A stretch of DNA of 17,456 nucleotides from Octopus sinensis (lineage: Eukaryota): positions 1-17,456 of the forward strand of contig NW_021824624.1 in NCBI RefSeq assembly GCF_006345805.1. The letters run 5' to 3'. Below, in pieces: positions 10,424 through 17,456 of the stretch. Each line of letters begins with the position of its first letter. Positions within the stretch are counted from its first letter, which is position 1. Under the pieces are notes generated by a model. It was given only the letters and a program-made list of their open reading frames with translations, was not told where the DNA came from and did not search any database. A program made the translations under genes and the position numbers.

Positions 10424-10722
10424 GCCTGTGCTCTTTAATGTTTTCTCTTTGAAATACCCACCCCCACCCTGCCACCGACAACCCCCCTCCACCGTGGTCC
10501 CATTAGTCCATTTAAGCATGTGCACAAACATACACATATGTTCAGATGCAGTCGAACGTCTTCCCTTTGAAACCATGTTTCCCATTAGTGCATGAGTACA
10601 TGTGCACCTTCACATGTATGCATGCATGCATTTCAAACACCATCCCATGTTCAAACGTGCATTTCCATATTTCAGTAAAAATTAAATGTTTACAGAGAGA
10701 CTGATGCATAACCTGGGTACTG

Positions 10723-11072
10723 GCAGGTCAATATTTGCAGCAGTGAGCTGACAGAATTGTTGGCACGACGGGCAAAATGCTTAGCAGCATTTCATCAGTC
10801 TTTACGTTCTGAGTTCAAATCCCACCAAAGCTGACTTTGCAGGTCAATATTTGCAGCAGTGAGCTGACAAAATTGTTGGCACGACGGGCAAAATGCTTAG
10901 CAGCATTTCATCAGTCTTTACGTTCTGAGTTCAAATCCCACCAAAGCTGACTTTGCAGGTCAATATTTGCAGCAGTGAGCTGACAAAATTGTTGGCACGA
11001 CGGGCAAAATGCTTAGCAGCATTTCATCAGTCTTTACGTTCTGAGTTCAAATCCCACCAAAGCTGACTTTGC
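10723..11072 (+). repeat. Three near-identical 116-bp tandem copies of flank plus SINE family A head
   Basis: GCAGGTCAATATTTGCAGCAGTGAGCTG...GAGTTCAAATCCCACCAAAGCTGACTTT starts at 10723, 10839 and 10955. I see one difference: ACAGAAT in copy 1 versus ACAAAAT in copies 2 and 3. Confidence 0.95.
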
Positions 11073-11600
11073 CTTTCAACCTTTCAGGGTCGATAAAATA
11101 TGTTTCTTTATTACCCACGAAGGGTTAAACATAGAGGGGACAAACAAGGACAGACAAACGAATTAAAGTTGATTGCATCGACCCCCAGTGCGTAACTGGT
11201 ACTTAATTTATTGACCCTGAAAGGATGAAAGGCAAAGTCGACCTCGGCGGAATTTGAACCCAGAACGTAACAGCAGATGAAATACCTATTTCTTTACTAC
11301 CCACAAGGGGCTAAACATTGAGGGGCAAACAAGGACAGAAAAATGAATTAAAGTCGATTGCATCGACCCCCAGTGCATAACTGGTACTTAATTTATCGAC
11401 CCCGAAAGGATGAAAAGTAAAGTCAACCTCGGCGGAATTTGAACTCAGAACGTAGCGACAGACAAAATACGGCTATGCATTTCGCCCGGTGTGCTAACGG
11501 TTCTGCCAGCTCACCGCCTGTACCAGTTCTGCAATGAGGTCGATGTAATCGACTTACCCCGTCCCTCAAAATTGCTGGCCTTGTGCCAAAATTTGAAATA
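10741..11600 (+). mobile_element. SINE family A split by an insertion: 5' part to 11100, 3' part 11520-11600
   Basis: ...ctttcagggtcgataaaata (11100) joins gtaccagtt...ggtcgatgtaatcgactt...ggccttgtgccaaaatttgaaa (from 11520), restoring the gataaaataagt..cag motif seen at 6974. Confidence 0.85.
11101..11519 (-). mobile_element. Head-to-tail pair of family A subfamily SINEs: 5'-truncated 11101-11286 and full 11287-11519
   Basis: t(g/a)tttcttta(t/c)tacccac...ggacaaacaaggacag...tcgacccccagtgc.taactggtacttaattta repeats with a 186-bp period. The second copy runs on to ...tgctaacggttctgccagctcaccgcct. Confidence 0.92.
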
Positions 11601-11844
11601 AATATTTGCAGCAAGAAAACAGGATTCAAGCGGAATGCATTTTTTCAGGGACAATGATAATACCATGACCCTTTGCAGGGCCTCCATAATGGAGACCCAA
11701 ACTGACCTGACCCTACTAAAGTCACCAAAGGATGGGATATGTTGTTAGACGAAATGAATATGTTTGATGATGTGGTTTTGTTTGAGGGCACAGGTCTGTT
11801 TGAAGATATTTGTTTGAAAGTATAGAGGGCTCTAAAAGTAATGA

Positions 11845-12102
11845 TTTGTCTGATGGTATGGGTGTGTCTGATGGTATAGGTTTGTCTGATAGTATGGGTT
11901 TGATGGTGTGGATGTGTGTGATGGTATAGGTTTGTCTGATGGTATAGGTTTATCTGATAGTATGGGTTTGATGGTGTGGATGTGTCTGATGGTATAGGTT
12001 TGTCTGATGGTATAGGTTTGTCTGATAGTATGGGTTTGATGGTGTGGATGTGTGTGATGGTATGGATTTGTCTGATGGCATGGGTTTGTCTGATGGTATG
12101 GG
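11845..12102. repeat. Minisatellite with 68-bp higher-order unit (18+18+18+14 bp)
   Basis: 18-mers of type TTTGTCTGATGGTATAGG, with the 14-mer TTTGATGGTGTGGA at 11899, 11967 and 12035. Confidence 0.92.
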
Positions 12103-12316
12103 TTTGTTTGTTGGAGCAAATGTTCAAGGGATTGATTGTTTCACATTTTTTTTTTGCTTCTTGCGTGCCAGCAAAGAATTTGGTGGTATGCATTTGTCAC
12201 GCGAGACTTGTATTTTTCAACCAGGGTCCATATGATTCACAGGGTTCCATCATAAAATAAGTTTTTGTTAATATTTATCTCCAATTTATTTTTTTTACAT
12301 TTCCTCATAATATTTT

Positions 12317-12588
12317 GTGATGGCCTAGTGGTTAGGCTGTTGGACTCGTAATCGCTAGATTGTGGGTTCAATACTCTCATTGGGTGGCACATTCTGTTTT
12401 TAAGTAAAACAATTCACTTCACATTGCTCCAGTCCCCTTTTGATGGGAGAGGGGGGAGGGGCTACTCGTCTAGCCAGCCGAGTGGCATCATTTGAAAGCT
12501 AAAACAATGCAAAAGCGCATTGTGACAAGCGGTGTGTAACAACATCTGATAGCATATTTGGTCACGTGACCACACGAATAATAATAAT
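12317..12588 (+). mobile_element. tRNA-derived SINE with (AAT)n tail
   Basis: A box TGGCCTAGTGG (12321), degenerate B box GGGTTCAATAC, CORE-like aattcacttcacattgctccagtcc similar to family D, ending aataataataat. Confidence 0.75.
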
Positions 12589-12683
12589 ACAATATAAGAA
12601 TACAAAAGGACTTTTTTAAACATTGAAATGGTTACGAGGACCCATTTGAGTAAAAAGGGGATAAAAAAATTGCGATTACAAAC

Positions 12684-12895
12684 CTGAAAACTGTACTTGG
12701 CATCCCGTTTAAGGCCTTTGAAGGTATAATTCTGGAATTCAGTCTTGATAGTGGATGCATTGTTACGATTGTCACTGGGATAGTAGTTTACCTCATAGAG
12801 TTCAATCTTGCTATGAGGCTTCGTAGGATTGTCCCAGATGAGTATAATGTCAGGACCGATCTTTTCGGCGCGTAAATTACTGAGTTTGCCTGGAA
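12684..12895 (-). CDS. Internal coding exon, partial fibronectin type III domain (Eph-receptor-like or other FN3 cell-surface protein)
   Basis: Minus strand has a pyrimidine tract, then AAG|TT CCA GGC..., open to ...TTT CAG|GTTTGT (donor GT at 12683-12682). Translation: (V)PGKLSNLRAEKIGPDIILIWDNPTKPHSKIELYEVNYYPSDNRNNASTIKTEFQNYTFKGLKRDAKYSFQ. This carries the FN3 hallmarks P..L.NL, W..P, Y.V.Y and GL.....Y.F. Entry is phase 1 and exit phase 0 (212 nt; 206 nt if the CAG at 12891-12890 is used). The Eph assignment is by recalled resemblance only. Confidence 0.9.
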
Positions 12896-12943
12896 CTTTC
12901 GAAGAGAGAGAGAGGGAGAAAGAAAAAGAGAAAAATATTAAGA
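12896..12943 (-). promoter_or_regulatory. 3' splice site: putative branch point, polypyrimidine tract and acceptor of the FN3 exon
   Basis: Minus strand reads TCTTAATATTTTTCTCTTTTTCTTTCTCCCTCTCTCTCTCTTCGAAAG|TTCCAG|GC: a branch-point-like CTTAAT, about 30 nt of pyrimidines, then two AGs 6 nt apart. Confidence 0.75.
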
Positions 12944-13146
12944 TACAGAAAAACTAGAATATGGTTTAACATTTTCACATTTAAACTGAGCATATTTGGC
13001 CCAAAATATTCTGTCTGGTTTATGTTCAAGTCAACATGATCTGGCCTCTTTCACCTACCTAACAATGTTGTAGTGAAAATAAATAATCACATTATTAGAA
13101 TCTCAAAGCTACAAGATAAATGCATGGTTAATTCAAAACCATGTGA

Positions 13147-13510
13147 ATCATCATCATCATTTAACGTCCGCTTTCCATGCTAGCCTGGGTTGGACGATTT
13201 TGACTGAGGTCTGGCGAACCAGACTCCAATCTGATCAGGCAGAGTTTCTACAGCTGGATGCCCTTCCTAACACCAACCACTCCGAAAGTGTAGCAGGTGC
13301 TTTTACGTGCCACCGGCATGAGGGCCAGTTTGGTGGTACTGCAACGGCCACAACCAAATGGTGCTTTTTACGTGCCACCTGCACAGGAGCCAGTCCAATG
13401 GCACTGGCGACAAACTCGCTCGAATATTTCACATGCCACCAGCACAAGTGCTAGTAAGGCGACGCGATAACGATCACACGAAGGCCAGCTTGTTGCTCTG
13501 GCAACGATCA
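13147..13510 (-). mobile_element. (GAT)n-tailed retroposon (family B) with internal ~55-60 bp subrepeats
   Basis: catcatcatcatttaacgtccgctttccatgctagc...ctggatgcccttcctaacaccaaccactccg. The motif TTT(T/C)AC(G/A)TGCCACC occurs three times, at about 13283, 13367 and 13427. Confidence 0.9.
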
Positions 13511-13534
13511 ATAATAATAATAATAATAACAACA

Positions 13535-13881
13535 ATAAGAGCACTCAGAAAGCGAAAACTTTCATCAGAGCAACATCAATGTCCTCTCAATGATTAGCCA
13601 GAGATGATTTTTATAATGTGAATATCTGAAACAAACTCGATTGCTCTCACAAATGAGAATACTAAAAATGAACCCGACTGCTCTCAAAAATTAAGTAAAG
13701 GCACAGGAAAAATAATGCAGAATCCTTGTCCAGTACCAGATCGATCTCAAAATCGAATCAGTTTGTGCCAGCCATAAGACCAAACACTCCTGAAAGTTTC
13801 AATCGAATCCATCCAGCGGTTCTTGAGATATCTTGTCCACAGACAAACAAACACGACCTCTGCCTTCACTAAGGTGGAGGT
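13535..13881 (+). mobile_element. Helentron/HINE-like non-autonomous element
   Basis: 3'-terminal hairpin ACCTCTGCCTT-CACT-AAGGTGGAGGT (13856-13881). Upstream aagtttcaatcgaatccatccagcggttcttgagatatc...acagacaaacaaac is typical of DINE/HINE-type elements. (AAT)n on both sides. Confidence 0.6.
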
Positions 13882-13895
13882 AATAATAATAATAA

Positions 13896-14091
13896 TCTTT
13901 TCTACTCTAGGCACAAGGACTGAAATTTTTTTTTGTTGGGTGGTTAGTCGATTAGATCAAACCCAGTATGCAACTGGTACTTAATTTATCAACCCTGAAA
14001 GAACGAAAGGCAAAATCGACCTTGATGGAATTTGAACTCAGAACATACAGACGGATGAAATACTGCTAAGCGTTTCACCCAGCATGCTAAC
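13896..14091 (-). mobile_element. SINE family A, lacking the extreme 5' end
   Basis: ctaggcacaagg...tagtcgattagatcaaacccagtatgcaactggtacttaatttatcaaccctgaaag...ggaatttgaactcagaac...ctaagcgtttcacccagcatgctaac. Confidence 0.88.
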
Positions 14092-14113
14092 AATAATAAT
14101 GTTTACAACAACT

Positions 14114-14515
14114 ATACTCTTTTACTTGTTTCAGTCATTTGACTGCGGCCATACTGGAGCACCGCCTTTAATCGAGCAACTCGACCCCGGGACTTATTCT
14201 TTGTAAGCCCAGTACTTATTCTATCGGTCTCTTTTGCCGAACTGCTAAGTGACGGGGACATAAACACACCAGCATCGGTTGTCAAGCAATGCTAGGGGAC
14301 AAACACAGACACCACAAACACACACACCGCATATATATATATACATATATATGACAGGCTTCTTTCAGTTTCCGTCTACCAAATCCACTCACAAGGCTTT
14401 GGTCGGCCCGAGGCTATAGTATAAGACGCTTGCCCAAGGTGGCATGCAGTGGGAATGAACCCGGAACCATGTGGTTGGTAAGCAAGCTACATACCCCACA
14501 GCCACTCCTGCGACT
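14114..14515 (-). mobile_element. Full-length tRNA-derived CORE-like SINE (family C) with internal (TA)/(TG) tract
   Basis: Minus strand: gcaggagtggctgtggggt... (A-box region), ggttccgggttcattccc (B-box-like), gccaccttgggcaagcgtc (CORE-like), internal microsatellite, then 3' tail ...gctccagtatggccgcagtcaaatgactgaaacaagtaaaagag. Confidence 0.9.
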
Positions 14516-14659
14516 ATGTTATTATTAAAAAGATATTTGAATTAAAAGGAGAAAAAAAAAAAAAATTATAACTGAATAATACACGACATGTTTTTGTAAA
14601 AAGGGTTTGATTTAGCAAAATATTTCAGGTAAAGCAGGTTTCTGTGTATCTGAAATGCG

Positions 14660-14762
14660 CACGCGTTATGTGTGTACGTGCATATATGTGCATGCCTCTG
14701 TACATGTTTAAATGGATGAGCGGGACAGGGAGTTCAAAGAGAAAACATTTAAAAGTTACACA

Positions 14763-14797
<35 letters not shown>

Positions 14798-15430
14798 CAG
14801 TGCTGGTGTCATCTTTAAAACATCTTGAAGAGTATGGGGGGGGGGGTTGCAGTGAGGTGGAAGAAAGAAAATAAAAACAACAAAATTTCGTTTCCGTAAA
14901 CATTTAATTTTTATTGAAATATGGGAATGCATGTTTAGACATGTGATGGCGTTCGAATGCAATTCCATGTAACGCCGCGCATATACGCATGTGCCACCCA
15001 TGCACATGCCACACACACAAGCACATAGCCATCAACCTTGAACCGAAAGTATAGATATGTGTGGCGTTTAGGTGCATGCACATGAAGAGTGCATATATAT
15101 ATATATATATGCATATGTGAACACAAATGCGCACATACATCCACACTGAAACAAAGATGGTTGTGTGCAGCCTTGCCTATGTATGTTAGGGTGTAGGCAG
15201 ATATATGCATGTGTGACTGTATATGTGTGTGTGTGAAAGCATCGATGCATTCACACACACACACACACACACGCAAAGTCACATCTCTCTGACTTAAAAT
15301 GCCAGAATTGTTGCAAATATATGTGCAAACGTATGTACGCACGGGTGTGTCTGATTAATGTGGATATGTTTGTGTGACCTCCACCTCTGAAAGCATCGAT
15401 GCATTCACACACACACACAAACACACACCT
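14660..15430. repeat. Patchy (CA)/(TG)/(TA)/ATGC low-complexity region
   Basis: Directly visible; includes (CA)n at about 14763-14791 and 15252-15272. Confidence 0.7.
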
Positions 15431-15900
15431 CCCCCCACCAATGATAAAAGCTGGATTATACAGATCCGCACATTGGTCATATTAACGAACAAGTCTGTGT
15501 TAAGTGTGTATTAAGAGATCTGCATATGGATGCGCACATGTGCATCTTTGTGCTTATCTTCTTGATGTGCATGCGAGCAATATGCACATGTCAAAAGTGT
15601 GCGTCTTTGAAGGGTGGGGTGTACCCATGTCAGTGGGAATATGCAATGGGGTACATGCATTAGAGAAGGGCGGGTGGAAGGGTGGATTGTAAAAAAAAAG
15701 CAATCTGTAACTCTCTGCATCGATGTATTTTGCTGTGTATGCATATGCACGTTCGTGCTACATGGCCACATGAATATGCACGTGTGTGTGTGTGCATGTG
15801 TGTCGTATGTTTTAATGCATGCATTTTTGCATGTATATGTGTGCTTATGGGATGTTTGTGTGCAGCTGTGCCCATCCATGCTTGCTCACCGTATTTTGGC

Positions 15901-16250
15901 CATATTTTAACATCCGTGTGTGTATGTGACTGTGTGTGTGTGAATGTGTGTATGTGTGTTTGTGCGTGTGTGTGTCTGAGTTTTTGCGTGTGTGTGTGTG
16001 TGTGTGCGTGTGTGTTTGTGCGTGTGTGTGTGTATGTGTGTGTGTGGGGGACATATTTTAACATCCGTGTGTGTATGTGACTGTGTGTGTGTGCATGTGT
16101 GTATGTGTGTTTGTGCGTGTGTGTGTCTGAGTTTTTGCGTGTGTGTGTGTGCGTGTGTGTTTGTGCGTGTGTGTGTGTATGTGTGTGTGTGGGGGATATA
16201 TTTTAACATCCATGTGTGTATGTGACTGTGTGTGCGTGTGTGTGTATGTG
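15901..16250. repeat. ~145-151 bp (TG)-rich tandem repeat, about 2.3 copies
   Basis: Anchor (C/T)ATATTTTAACATCC at 15901, 16052 and 16197, with shared TGTGACTG and CTGAGTTTTTGCG motifs. Confidence 0.9.
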
Positions 16251-16267
16251 TGCGTGCGTGCGTACGT

Positions 16268-16312
<45 letters not shown>

Positions 16313-17230
16313 TGTGTGGAATCGAATATTCTGTATTCAAGTATCAAAGTGATTAGATGATAGTGTATGTGTGTGTGTGTGTGGATGGGGGAATGAGGGT
16401 GTATACATGAGAGGGAGTGGAGGGCAGTACATGTGGAAATATGGAGTGGGGGGATTGTATGAGGGTGGATGGGTGGGTGAGAGAAGACCTACATGTGAGT
16501 GTGCACGTGTGTGTGTGAGTGTGACATGGGAAAAGTGAGGGTAAGTAAATGAGAAGGCAAAGAGAGAGAATGAATGACAGAGGGGAAAGAGAGAGTGAGT
16601 GTAGGTGTTTCAGCAGGAGAGAGAGAGAGGGGGAAGAGAGTGAGAGTGAGAGTGAGACTGTGGCCATCACTTTGAGAGCGAGTGAGAGTGAGTGAAAAAA
16701 GTGAGTGGAGGTTTGTGTGGGATTGTGTGAAAGAGAGAGAAGGAAAAACAGAGTGAGAGAGAGAGAAGGTGAATGAAAGAAGAATGGAGTGAAAGAAAGA
16801 ATGAGATCGTGTGTGTGTATGTGTGTGTGTGCATTTGTGTATGTGCATGTGTGCGTGCATGCTTGTGTGTATGTGTGTGTATGTATGTTTGTGTATGTGA
16901 GTGTGTGCATGTTTGTGTGTATGTGTGTGTGTGTGCATGTGTGTGTGGATGTGTGTGTGTGCATGTGTGTGTATGTGTGTGCATGTATGTATATGTGTGT
17001 GTGTGCATGTTTGTGTGCACGGGTGTGTATGTGCATGTGTGTGTGTGCATGTTTGTGTGTATGTGTGTGCACGTTTGTGTGTGTGAGAGAGAGAGAATGA
17101 GAGTGACATAAAGAGGGTGTCAGAAAGGGAGTGAAAAGAGAGAGAGAGTGTGTATGTGTGTGTGTGTGCGAGAGAGAGAGAGAGAGAGAGAGGGGTGTAG
17201 CGATAGAATGGGTGTGTGAGGTGTGTGTAA
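16251..17230. repeat. (TG)n/(AG)n/GAGT-rich low-complexity field
   Basis: Directly visible; source of the HT/CV/SL-rich ORFs. Confidence 0.9.
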
Positions 17231-17456
17231 TTGGGATGTTTTTAATTACAGCTACAGCAATGCAGTGCGATACAATTTGAAGAATTCAGCCATGACACTC
17301 TGCAGACAGCAAAGAATGGAAAAGGATGAAGGGTGGGGGAAGAGAAGGGGGGCCAGGGAGCGGGGGGGGGGAGGTAGGGCGTAGTGTTGGTATCAGTCAG
17401 TCAGGGGGATAAATCTTACATAAATGGGAAGTGGCAGTTTGAATGTAGTTTATTGA

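Noticed and set aside
11645-12260. Repetitive ORFs (182 aa minus strand; DGIGLS-type plus strand)
   Set aside because: Derived from the 68-bp higher-order repeat, whose period breaks the frame.
17230-17345. Minus-strand pyrimidine tract plus CTGCAG as a candidate upstream exon
   Set aside because: Two frames hit stops quickly, the third gives no recognisable motif, and the donor is weak.
17330-17380. G-rich tract with G-quadruplex potential
   Set aside because: G-runs are present but sit in generic low-complexity sequence, with no supporting context.

Overview
AT-rich, microsatellite-dense animal genomic DNA. The interspersed repeats look like octopus (coleoid cephalopod) SINE families; this organism call is from recognition, not a database search. 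The only coding sequence I can support is one spliced exon on the minus strand (12684-12895), missed by the ORF track. It encodes most of a fibronectin type III domain, possibly from an Eph-type receptor or another FN3 cell-surface protein. The rest appears to be intron of that gene: about 20 SINE or SINE-like copies in several families, a Helentron/HINE-like element, a short Penelope-like element with a degenerate minimal hammerhead ribozyme motif, and many simple, mini- and higher-order tandem repeats. The listed ORFs are artefacts of simple repeats or of repeats read out of context. I found no clearly new system. The best leads are the hammerhead-like element (1834-2044), the triplicated and nested SINE knot forming inverted repeats (10723-11600), and the hidden exon with tandem in-frame acceptors. 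Family letters A-E are my own working labels.
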